14,582 nucleotides of DNA, from the NCBI GenBank assembly GCA_040755315.1, contig JBFMBF010000027.1, positions 1 to 14,582 of the forward strand. The letters run 5' to 3'. Numbering within the stretch: the stretch's first letter is position 1; each line of letters opens with the position of its first letter. Below, piece after piece: positions 6,898-13,795 of this stretch. The notes beneath the pieces are model-generated. The model worked only from the letters and a program-made list of their open reading frames with translations. It did no database searches and was not told the origin of the DNA. Made by a program: the position numbers and the translations under genes. This DNA comes from Candidatus Hadarchaeota archaeon (lineage in GTDB: Archaea; Hadarchaeota; Hadarchaeia; Hadarchaeales; Hadarchaeaceae).

Positions 6898-9087
6898 CTA
6901 TTTCTCCATGTACTCTTCAGGCCTGGGCGGCTCGGGGCTCAGCCCCTTCCTCTTCCTGGTCTCCCTGACGACCTGCTCCTGTAGCTCCCTCGGCAGCCTC
7001 TCGAACTTCTCAAACTGCGTCCCCCAGATGGCCCTCCCCTCAGTCTCCGACCTGAGCTCGGCCGCAAGTCCAAATGAGTTCGCCACCGGCATCAGTGCGT
7101 TGAGTATGACGATGTCCTCGTCCGCCTCCATGTTGACTATCTTCCCCCGCCTCCCCTGGATGACCTTGGTCGCCCCGCCCATGAACTCCTGCGGCACCCT
7201 GACCTCCAGCTTCAGGATGGGCTCGAGCACTATCGGCTCCCCGAGGAGGAAAGCAGCCTGTATGGGGCGCCTCACGGCCGGGGTGATCTGCGCCGGCCCC
7301 CTATGAACAGAGTCCTCGTGAAGCGTGGCGTCGTCAATCAGCACCTTCAGCCCCCTCGAAGGCTCCCTCATGAGAGGCCCCTCGTCCACGACATTCTTGA
7401 AGGCCTCTATGACATAGTCCTCTATCTCCCTCATGAACTGGACACCCTTCGTCATGTCAACCAGCATGTTCGGCCCAATGATCGTCACGACGTTCCTCGC
7501 CGCGTGCGTCTCCCACCCGTACTTCCTCAGTATCTCCGCCCGCTCCTTCCTCTCCTGCCTGTCCGTGATCTCCTTGTTCTCTATCGCCTGCGCCACCTCC
7601 GGCTCCAGCGGCTCCACGACCATCATGAACCTGTTGTGCTTGTTCGGCGACTTCCCCTCCACTGGCCCGGCCCTCTTTGTCATGGTCTCCCTGTAGACCA
7701 CGAGAGGCGCCGACTTCTTCACCTCCAGCCCCGCCTCCTTCAGCTTGTACTCCACTATCTCAAGGTGTACCTCTCCCATCCCCGAGACAAGATACTCGCC
7801 CGTCTCCTCGTTTATCTTGACCTGGATGTTCGGGTCCTCCCTTGCGACCCTCTTCAGCTTGTCGATGAGCTTGGGCAGGTCCTGGAAGTTCTTCGGCTCC
7901 ACCGCCACCGTGACCACCGGCTCGCTTATGTAGTGGAGCTCCTCGAAACCCCTGCCCTCCGTCCCGGCCTCCATGATGGTCTCCCCGACCTGCGCCTCCT
8001 TCATCCCTATTATAGCCCCGATGTTCCCCGCTGGCACCTTTTCCACAGGCACCCTGTCCGGCCCCATGTAAACACCGACATGCTGGATCCTGGCCTCTTG
8101 CTTGGCGTTGACCAGCTTGACGGCCTTGCCCTTCTCCAGTGTACCCGAGAAAACCCGCCCCGTCGAGATGACGCCGGCCTGTTCGTCAACTATGATATCC
8201 GTGACCACCATGCAGACCTTGCCGTTAGGGTCGGCCTCCACCATGTTTTTGCCCAGCTCGCTGTTTAGATCCCCCTTCCACAGGACAGGGATCCTCTCTC
8301 TCTGTGCATCTTTTGGGTTTGGCAGGTGTCGGATGACCATGTCCAGAAGCACCTCGTAAACTGGGCTCTTCTTGGCCAGCTCCGCCACGTTGCCCGTCTG
8401 GTAAGCCGTTATTATGTCCTTGAAAGTGATGTTCTTCTTCTTCATCTGCGGGATTGAGAGCGCCCACTTCTCCTTCGCGGAGCCGAATGCCACCGACCCG
8501 GTCTCCACGTTCACCTGCCACTTGTCCGCCACGTCCTTTGGGGCGAACCTCCTGATGAGCTGGTTGAACTTTGTGATGAGCTTGATGAACCTCGCCTGCA
8601 TACCCTCGGGGGTCAGCTTCAGCTCGTCTATCAGGCGGTCCACCTTGTTTATGTACAGCACCGGCTTCGTCCTCTCCTGGAGCGCCTGCCTGGCCACCGT
8701 CTCCGTCTGGGGCATCACGCCCTCCACGGCGTCAACGACCACGACCGCCCCGTCTATCGCTCTCAGAGCCCGCGTGACATCGCCTGTGAAGTCTACGTGG
8801 CCCGGAGTGTCCAGCAGGTTGATCAGGAACTCCGTCCCCTCGTAGTTGTGGGCGAGACTGACGGCCGACGTCTGGACGGTTATCCCGCGCTGCTGCTCTA
8901 TCTCGAGAAAGTCCGTGAAAAGCTGCTCGCCCGCGAGGTCGAAGCTGATTATCCCCGAGGCAGCCACCAGGGAGTCCGTCAGGGTTGTCTTCCCGTGGTC
9001 GACATGGGCCACTATCCCGATGTTCCGAATCCTGTTCGGCTCCCACATTATCTTCTGGATGTCGTCCAGATGTTTGTACCTGCGCAT
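6898..9087 (-). CDS. fusA: archaeal translation elongation factor 2 (aEF-2)
   Basis: G1 AHVDHGKTT, G3 DTPGHVDF, G4 NKVD, SGMGEVHLE, diphthamide loop HEDSVHRGPAQ and LRSETEGRA; 729 aa. Confidence 0.98.
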   Translation of the reverse strand: MRRYKHLDDIQKIMWEPNRIRNIGIVAHVDHGKTTLTDSLVAASGIISFDLAGEQLFTDFLEIEQQRGITVQTSAVSLAHNYEGTEFLINLLDTPGHVDFTGDVTRALRAIDGAVVVVDAVEGVMPQTETVARQALQERTKPVLYINKVDRLIDELKLTPEGMQARFIKLITKFNQLIRRFAPKDVADKWQVNVETGSVAFGSAKEKWALSIPQMKKKNITFKDIITAYQTGNVAELAKKSPVYEVLLDMVIRHLPNPKDAQRERIPVLWKGDLNSELGKNMVEADPNGKVCMVVTDIIVDEQAGVISTGRVFSGTLEKGKAVKLVNAKQEARIQHVGVYMGPDRVPVEKVPAGNIGAIIGMKEAQVGETIMEAGTEGRGFEELHYISEPVVTVAVEPKNFQDLPKLIDKLKRVAREDPNIQVKINEETGEYLVSGMGEVHLEIVEYKLKEAGLEVKKSAPLVVYRETMTKRAGPVEGKSPNKHNRFMMVVEPLEPEVAQAIENKEITDRQERKERAEILRKYGWETHAARNVVTIIGPNMLVDMTKGVQFMREIEDYVIEAFKNVVDEGPLMREPSRGLKVLIDDATLHEDSVHRGPAQITPAVRRPIQAAFLLGEPIVLEPILKLEVRVPQEFMGGATKVIQGRRGKIVNMEADEDIVILNALMPVANSFGLAAELRSETEGRAIWGTQFEKFERLPRELQEQVVRETRKRKGLSPEPPRPEEYMEK

Positions 9088-9115
9088 CGCTATCTCCAGA
9101 AATTAATCTTCCCAC

Positions 9116-9124
9116 ATTTAAATA
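9116..9124 (-). promoter_or_regulatory. putative TATA box for fusA
   Basis: Minus-strand TATTTAAAT lies about 30 nt upstream of ATG 9087, and a GGAG SD precedes the ATG. Confidence 0.45.
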
Positions 9125-10300
9125 TCAGCGAATTGGCAGAGTCATCGACTCCAGCTCGTCTTTCCCCTTTTCCGGGGCAGCTGGGTACTCCTTTGGAATC
9201 TCGCTTGACTTTTGCCCTATCCCTATTGTGTTCCCTATCCCGGCGACTATCACGGTGTCCCCGGCCTTTGTGCGCTCTCGGATGGCACCCTTCACCCTTT
9301 CTGCCGCGGCTTCAGCCCCGCTGGCCAGCCTCCTGTGCATGGGCTTGATGGCCTCCGTGAAAGACTCCTTGACCACTATCGCGTCGACGGGAATCTTCTT
9401 CTTCGTCACGGCCGCCTCAATCTTGTACTTCTCGGTGGGCGGGCCCCCGATCGCCGCGCCGACCCCCTCCACCACCTGGCCGCTGATTTCGCCTTCAAGC
9501 TTCCCGGCCGCGTCTATCATAATTATCCTGTTGACCTTCCGCCTGTTTACAAGCCACCTTATGAGCTCTCCGGGCTTCCCCACTCTCCCGCCAGGCCCTT
9601 TGGCCTTGACCACGAGCACCCTTCTTCCCTCAATTTTTGTCTCAGCATAGATCGTCTCTTCGACTGGCTCCTTCCACTTTGCATCCTTGGCCAGGATTGT
9701 GGCCGTCAGGGCCCCGACACCGTCGCCTATCGCCTTCCCCTCCGCGAAAGCTTTTGTGGCCTCCGCGAACCCCTTGGCAAACTCCTTCAGGAACGGGAGG
9801 TTGAGCTGGATGAGCATGACGAGCTGGATGTTTTTCGTCTTCTCTGCCAGCAGCATGAAATGGCGGCTCAGCCGGTAGAGGGTATAGTTCGCCATGGCGC
9901 CCTCCATGACCATCTCCAGGTTTGAGGCCGACTCCGTGTCTGCTTTCGGGGCGAGCCTCTGCACGACATCCTCGAATCTTTTCTTTCTCACGTCGAGGAT
10001 GTGCTCCAGCCTTCCGAGCACCCCGATTGGATCCTCGCTCACGGGTTCTATGGCGAAGAACTCTAGGAAGTTGTCCAGTTCCCTCTCGATGTCCCGCTTC
10101 GTCTTTCCGTGCTTCGCGAGTGATTTCAGGGCCACCTTCCGGCTCTCCCTCGCGTAGTTCTCCAGGATTGCCACTGCCTTCTTGAGCTGCCCTATTCCTG
10201 CCCTGGCCTGCAGCCCCAGAAGCTGCGGGGCGAACAAGGTGTAAATCATGCTGAACGTGAACAAGATGATCAGCGTCATGATGATGTCTATTTCCGCCAT
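9125..10300 (-). CDS. DUF1512 family archaeal protein with N-terminal TM
   Basis: Motifs FFAIEPVS.DP.G...RLEHIL, G.AIGDG.GAL, KA.GPGG.VGKPGE, II.IDAA.KLEGE.SG.V.EGVGAAIGG and AGIGNTIGIGQ. Confidence 0.85.
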   Translation of the reverse strand: MAEIDIIMTLIILFTFSMIYTLFAPQLLGLQARAGIGQLKKAVAILENYARESRKVALKSLAKHGKTKRDIERELDNFLEFFAIEPVSEDPIGVLGRLEHILDVRKKRFEDVVQRLAPKADTESASNLEMVMEGAMANYTLYRLSRHFMLLAEKTKNIQLVMLIQLNLPFLKEFAKGFAEATKAFAEGKAIGDGVGALTATILAKDAKWKEPVEETIYAETKIEGRRVLVVKAKGPGGRVGKPGELIRWLVNRRKVNRIIMIDAAGKLEGEISGQVVEGVGAAIGGPPTEKYKIEAAVTKKKIPVDAIVVKESFTEAIKPMHRRLASGAEAAAERVKGAIRERTKAGDTVIVAGIGNTIGIGQKSSEIPKEYPAAPEKGKDELESMTLPIR

Positions 10301-10328
10301 TTTCTCAACTCAACTGGGTTGCGCACGG

Positions 10329-10356
10329 CATATAAGTTATCCTCGCAAGAGTTAAA
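10329..10356. promoter_or_regulatory. putative divergent archaeal promoters (DUF1512 on the minus strand; tRNA 5' fragment on the plus strand)
   Basis: Minus-strand CTTATATG is about 30 nt upstream of ATG 10300. Plus-strand GTTAAA (10351-10356) is about 25 nt upstream of the fragment at 10380. Confidence 0.45.
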
Positions 10357-10379
10357 GCCAAGCCGCAAAAGTTTTTTGG

Positions 10380-10411
10380 GCGGGGGTAGCCGAGCCAGGT
10401 CTAAGGCGCCA
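10380..10411 (+). other. isolated 5' half of a tRNA-Leu (positions 1 to about 29); split-tRNA candidate or remnant
   Basis: GCGGGGG TA GCCGAGCCAGGTCTAAGGC G CCA is an archaeal tRNA-Leu acceptor 5' strand plus D-arm. It is followed by ATAGAGTG and T8, with no anticodon arm, T-arm or 3' strand nearby. Confidence 0.8.
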
Positions 10412-10419
10412 ATAGAGTG

Positions 10420-10427
10420 TTTTTTTT
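10420..10427 (+). terminator. putative archaeal oligo-T terminator after the tRNA 5' half
   Basis: Run of 8 T beginning about 9 nt after the tRNA-like sequence ends. Confidence 0.45.
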
Positions 10428-10662
10428 GGAAAGTGGTTAGGGTGTTAGAGGTGGACATGGACAAAATTGAGCTGTGTAAAAGGACACCTTGGCACATGCA
10501 TTAGTGAATACTTTCGGCGTTTGAAAAAATAAATCAGGAGAATTTAGGCCCAATTTGACAAAAAGCCACTGGTTTAAAAACGGGGTTTACGCCCAACATG
10601 AGATTAGAATCGCCAAACATAGCTTGCCTACCTTTTGGCACCTAATCCAAGCATATCCCCCC

Positions 10663-10675
10663 AAAAATCTTAATA
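10663..10675 (+). promoter_or_regulatory. putative BRE/TATA for tRNA-Leu
   Basis: AAAAATCTTAATA lies about 30 nt upstream of G1 (10703). Confidence 0.5.
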
Positions 10676-10702
10676 GGCGGGCGGCGGTTGAAAAGTTAAT
10701 TG

Positions 10703-10840
10703 GCGGGGGTAGCCAAGCCAGGTCTACGGCGCAGGATATGGCATATTAATTGCCACCTGAATCAGAAAGAAAGGCCAAACCTTTCTGGGAATGTCCTGTC
10801 CCTCAGGGGTTCGAGGGTTCAAATCCCTTCCCCCGCACCA
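10703..10840 (+). tRNA. tRNA-Leu(CAG) with long variable arm, encoded CCA and two introns: 10738-10761 (32/33) and 10767-10792 (37/38)
   Basis: Stems: acceptor GCGGGGG/CCCCCGC + A73 + CCA, anticodon CAGGA/TCCTG, variable arm CCCT-CA-GGGG, T-arm GAGGG TTCAAAT CCCTT. Removing both BHB-bounded introns gives the 7-nt loop TT-CAG-AG. Confidence 0.87.
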
Positions 10841-11072
10841 CGCTCCAAAAGGCAAAGGGAGCAAGATGATTGCTTATTTTTGCGAAAGATTATTTTTTAG
10901 TCGTTATTGGTTTTCATGCTCGGCTTCATTTCCCAGCTGGGTTTGAACTCTCGGAACATTGGTCGAAATCAAGTGAAAATAAAATTGGGAGAGCGTAGCG
11001 TAGCAGACTGAACCCGAACGCGCTTACGACAAGATTTATTGTGATGCGTGATGATTACAATGGGCGATTAGA

Positions 11073-11621
11073 ATGGCGCGTGATGCGGCGTTGCGGAAAG
11101 AGGTCGGAAAAACAAGCATGGAAGCCCTCGTGGTCAGCCATTTTATGATTGGATTTTTCGTCCTCATTAGCGGCGCGTGGCTTTTGTACTACAGCTTTGT
11201 CAACGGCCCCCTGTGGAGGCACGTTCTTCCAATCCTGGTTCTATTTGCGGGCGGGAGTTTGATTTTGCATTTCGGCCGATGCATACAAAGAGCGCTCAGC
11301 AAAGGCGAAACGCTGGTGAAAATGCGCATGCCTTTCAGAAGCCGCCCGTTTGTTTTTCTGTTTCCCGCTTCAAAATTGACTCCAAAAAAGGTGAGATTTA
11401 TGGCAAAATATCAGCGGGTCGTGGGGTTCTTTCTGGCGGCGGTGCTGTTTATGATGGGCGTGATTTTTCTTTCGGAATTCTACTCGGCACAAACGAGAGG
11501 GGCAGTAGTAAGTGTATGGGGCGTTTTGATTACATTGCCGGTTTTCATTGCCTCGGCTGTTTTTTTCATTCTTGGCATGCGTTGGCGGGGGAGGTTAAGC
11601 GGGTTGTATAATGGTGCGTGA
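11073..11621 (+). CDS. hypothetical multi-pass membrane protein (about 4 TM)
   Basis: Four hydrophobic stretches separated by basic loops; putative TATA (TTTATT, about 11035) upstream. Confidence 0.7.
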   Translation: MARDAALRKEVGKTSMEALVVSHFMIGFFVLISGAWLLYYSFVNGPLWRHVLPILVLFAGGSLILHFGRCIQRALSKGETLVKMRMPFRSRPFVFLFPASKLTPKKVRFMAKYQRVVGFFLAAVLFMMGVIFLSEFYSAQTRGAVVSVWGVLITLPVFIASAVFFILGMRWRGRLSGLYNGA

Positions 11622-11979
11622 CGAAACTAAGCTGTTGGTTTTTGGAGTTGCTTTCATAATCGTCGGTGCGAGCCACAATCTGATTGGAAACCTGACCATG
11701 CCCAAAACAGAGGGCGTACTTTACGGGTTGTTGACAGCCGTAGCTGGAATTGTGATGGGATTAAGCAAGCCCCGTGATGTGAAAAAAGAAACGGCGCGGA
11801 AATTTGGTTTTGTTATTGCAATTGGCGGGTTGCTGATATTTGCTCTCTCATTTTATGGGAGTTCTATGGGCGTCTTGGGGTTGGTGTTGGTAGTTATGGG
11901 CGCCTTGTTGTTGGTTATGGGTGCACTAGCTTACAGGCGAGGTTACGAAGAGGCCCACACCAATTTAAACGGCAAATAA
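11611..11979 (+). CDS. hypothetical small membrane protein (4 TM, Gly-rich)
   Basis: Four hydrophobic helices; the start overlaps the end of the upstream ORF. Confidence 0.75.
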   Translation: MVRDETKLLVFGVAFIIVGASHNLIGNLTMPKTEGVLYGLLTAVAGIVMGLSKPRDVKKETARKFGFVIAIGGLLIFALSFYGSSMGVLGLVLVVMGALLLVMGALAYRRGYEEAHTNLNGK

Positions 11980-12048
11980 ATTTGGTTTCATCGGTGAACC
12001 TCACTTTTTTGCCAGAAAAAATAAGCAAAAAAACCCGCTTAGGCGCCA

Positions 12049-12276
12049 TTATTTCTTCGCCAGCTCTAGGAACTCTTCAACGCTCAAATTTGCCCTTCTG
12101 AGGATTGACCTGAGAGTCCCCTTTGCCACCTCTGGGTGGTCCGGAACCACCACGATGAAAACTTTCTCGTTTCTTTTTTTCAGCCGCACATGGCTTCCTT
12201 TTCAGCCGACAACTTGGAAGCCGATTTTCGCGAGGAGCTTTATTACCTCACGACCCGACATCACCGGAAGCTTCAA
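12049..12276 (-). pseudogene. hicA: HicA-family toxin with an in-frame TGA at codon 25 (12202-12204)
   Basis: Manual translation from TTG 12276: MKLPVMSGREVIKLLAKIGFQVVG*KGSHVRLKKRNEKVFIVVVPDHPEVAKGTLRSILRRANLSVEEFLELAKK. HicA motifs GSH, VP.H and GTL.SIL are present. It is absent from the ORF track because of the stop. Confidence 0.88.
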
Positions 12277-12490
12277 CCCTCTCGACCTCTACGGAGGTGA
12301 CGATGGGCATCATGCGCCGCTCTGGCACCTCGGCGTCCTCGTCTTCCAGATAAAGCTCGATGGCCTCTTTCAGGTTTTTAAGCGCTTCTTCCACGGTCTT
12401 CCCTTGGCTGGCTATGTCGAGCTCTGGACTGAGCGCCACGTACAGTTTTCCCTCACGGGTAATCACGGCGGGGAATTGCATACCAACCAT
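12248..12490 (-). CDS. hicB: HicB-family antitoxin (short form without a DNA-binding domain)
   Basis: Motif YVA..PEL..ASQGKTVEEALKNLKEAIELYLE; overlaps the hicA start. ATG 12481 is an alternative start. Confidence 0.93.
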   Translation of the reverse strand: MVGMQFPAVITREGKLYVALSPELDIASQGKTVEEALKNLKEAIELYLEDEDAEVPERRMMPIVTSVEVERVEASGDVGS

Positions 12491-12548
12491 GTACTCTAAT
12501 CGTGGGATTTCTATAAGCCTTTCTAAGGGTTAAAATCGCTCTCTGAAA

Positions 12549-12567
12549 TGGTAGAATTAAACGGTAG
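12549..12567 (+). repeat. 19-bp direct repeat, copy 1
   Basis: TGGTAGAATTAAACGGTAG, identical to 13697-13715. Confidence 0.95.
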
Positions 12568-12634
12568 CCGCCGTCTCTTCCCTCCATGTTACTTGGGGTT
12601 AACTCTGAACTGTTCCACCACCGGGAACCACTTT

Positions 12635-13087
12635 TTAAGTGCCTGGTTTTTTCTGGAGTATTCCGTCAATTCTTTTTACAAATTCTTCGGCCCACTTGAG
12701 CGCTTGCTCGGCTTCATCTCCCGAAACTATGTCCATCGCCTCGTAGACTATCCGATGCCTCTTCTTTCTCAGGCCATTGAGCACCATCACCACCCTGTCC
12801 ACAATTTCGGCGCCAAGCGATGCCCGGAGAAACTTTACCACGGCCACGTGGCCCTCCTTGCTGGACGGGATGTAGCCTTGGTCAAACATCAGCGCTCTTC
12901 CCGCCTGTAACATCGAGTTGTATGAAACTGCCAAGGACCAGTCGAGTTTTCTGTTTGATATCAATGTTCTGGCAGTGTCGATGTCCCTTCTGGCCCGCGC
13001 CAGCGAATCGGTCGCCAGCTTTCGATTGGGCCTTGTTTTTCTTATGATCCTATCCCTTAACAACTCCTCTAAACTCACTTTCGTCAC
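12635..13087 (-). CDS. HEPN-domain protein (toxin-like partner of MNT)
   Basis: A..DI..AR.L....W....SYN.M.QAGRAL....GY......H..V and the R-H-x3-Y type motif LRKKRHRIVYE; overlaps the MNT gene end. Confidence 0.88.
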   Translation of the reverse strand: MTKVSLEELLRDRIIRKTRPNRKLATDSLARARRDIDTARTLISNRKLDWSLAVSYNSMLQAGRALMFDQGYIPSSKEGHVAVVKFLRASLGAEIVDRVVMVLNGLRKKRHRIVYEAMDIVSGDEAEQALKWAEEFVKRIDGILQKKPGT

Positions 13088-13646
13088 CTACCAGCATTAT
13101 GACTGGATTTTCCATAATTTCAGCCAAGAGATGGTGTTTACTTTTAAGGCGTTTGTGGAACTCCTTTTCACTCCAGACTATGTAGTTAACTTCACGGCCC
13201 ACATCTTTTTCGACCCTGTTCGCCGCCTTCAGCACCTCCTCTTCGTTAATGTCACCGACCACAAGCAGGTCGATATCGCTATCTTCAGCTTCCGTCCCGC
13301 TCGCAAAAGAACCGTAAACGAGTGCATACCGTATCCTCCTCAGTCCCGAAAGCGCGTTTTTTACTGAATCTCCCAAACCAGCTGTTTTAACCATCATGCT
13401 TTTCAGCTCGGCAAAGTAAGGGAGCTTTTTGTTCGCAGAGATTAATGTAACTTTGCCCGTCTTTTCCTCTTTAAGAATACCCAACAAAACTAGGTTCTTC
13501 ACTTCCCTATACAACATTCCGTACGGTATACCCAAGTTTTTTGACAATTCACGAATGTAGAATCGTTTGTCAGAGTCCATCATGAGCTTGGCCAGCAACG
13601 TTACCCTTGTCTTGGACCCGAACAATTTATCTAATTTTGATGTCAT
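13050..13646 (-). CDS. wHTH + minimal nucleotidyltransferase (MNT) antitoxin
   Basis: N-terminal wHTH (LFGSKTRV.LL...FYIREL...L) and Pol-beta NTase motif YGSFASG.....SDIDLLVVG. Start at 13646 or 13655. Confidence 0.92.
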   Translation of the reverse strand: MTSKLDKLFGSKTRVTLLAKLMMDSDKRFYIRELSKNLGIPYGMLYREVKNLVLLGILKEEKTGKVTLISANKKLPYFAELKSMMVKTAGLGDSVKNALSGLRRIRYALVYGSFASGTEAEDSDIDLLVVGDINEEEVLKAANRVEKDVGREVNYIVWSEKEFHKRLKSKHHLLAEIMENPVIMLVGDESEFRGVVKG

Positions 13647-13696
13647 AATATCCATTTAAGGTGTCAAAGCTTATAAAGCTAATGTAAAATGAATTC

Positions 13697-13715
13697 TGGT
13701 AGAATTAAACGGTAG
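13697..13715 (+). repeat. 19-bp direct repeat, copy 2
   Basis: TGGTAGAATTAAACGGTAG, ending 11 nt before the 21-bp tRNA 3'-end duplicate. Confidence 0.95.
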
Positions 13716-13726
13716 TGAGTATCTCC

Positions 13727-13747
13727 TCCCCCGCACCACGCTCCAAA
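13727..13747 (+). repeat. duplicated tRNA-Leu 3' end (attR-like)
   Basis: Perfect 21-bp match to 10829-10849, including the acceptor 3' strand and ACCA. Confidence 0.92.
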
Positions 13748-13751
13748 TCTG

Positions 13752-13764
13752 GAAAGTCTTATAT
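13752..13764 (+). promoter_or_regulatory. putative BRE/TATA for the secreted-protein gene
   Basis: GAAAGTCTTATAT lies about 25-35 nt upstream of ATG 13787/13796. Confidence 0.5.
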
Positions 13765-13795
13765 CCCGCAATTCAATGCAGCAGTGATGTCAGCA

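Larger units (their letters stand above)
10829..13747. mobile_element. tRNA-Leu-anchored genomic islet (~2.9 kb) bounded by 21-bp direct repeats (attL/attR-like); no integrase
   Basis: TCCCCCGCACCACGCTCCAAA at 10829-10849 (tRNA 3' end plus 9 nt) and 13727-13747. Cargo is TA modules and membrane proteins, and the region looks more AT-rich than the fusA region. Confidence 0.75.

Noticed and set aside
6908..10185. Long plus-strand ORFs (e.g. 7303-8268, 8985-9650, 9212-9925)
   Set aside because: Antisense shadows of fusA and DUF1512 caused by GC3-biased codon usage; no recognisable motifs.
10762..10764. Reading the tRNA as a UCA (Sec or opal suppressor) tRNA able to read through the hicA TGA
   Set aside because: BHB geometry puts TCA at positions 33-35 and CAG at 34-36, and the body has Leu features (7-bp acceptor, A73, Leu-type D and variable arms).
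10850..11010. Short hydrophobic ORF fragments downstream of tRNA-Leu
   Set aside because: No continuous frame or recognisable homology; possibly decayed DNA, but unsupported.
10870..12028. 12-bp inverted repeat TTGCTTATTTTT (10870-10881) / AAAAATAAGCAA (12017-12028) flanking the membrane-protein pair
   Set aside because: Short and low-complexity, with no target duplication or transposase; may be chance.
12549..13747. CRISPR array interpretation of the 19- and 21-bp repeats
   Set aside because: Only two copies of each, separated by more than 1 kb of genes, and no cas genes.
13715..13795. GTG start at 13715 for the secreted protein
   Set aside because: It runs through the att repeat and TATA box; the signal peptide begins at ATG 13787 or 13796.
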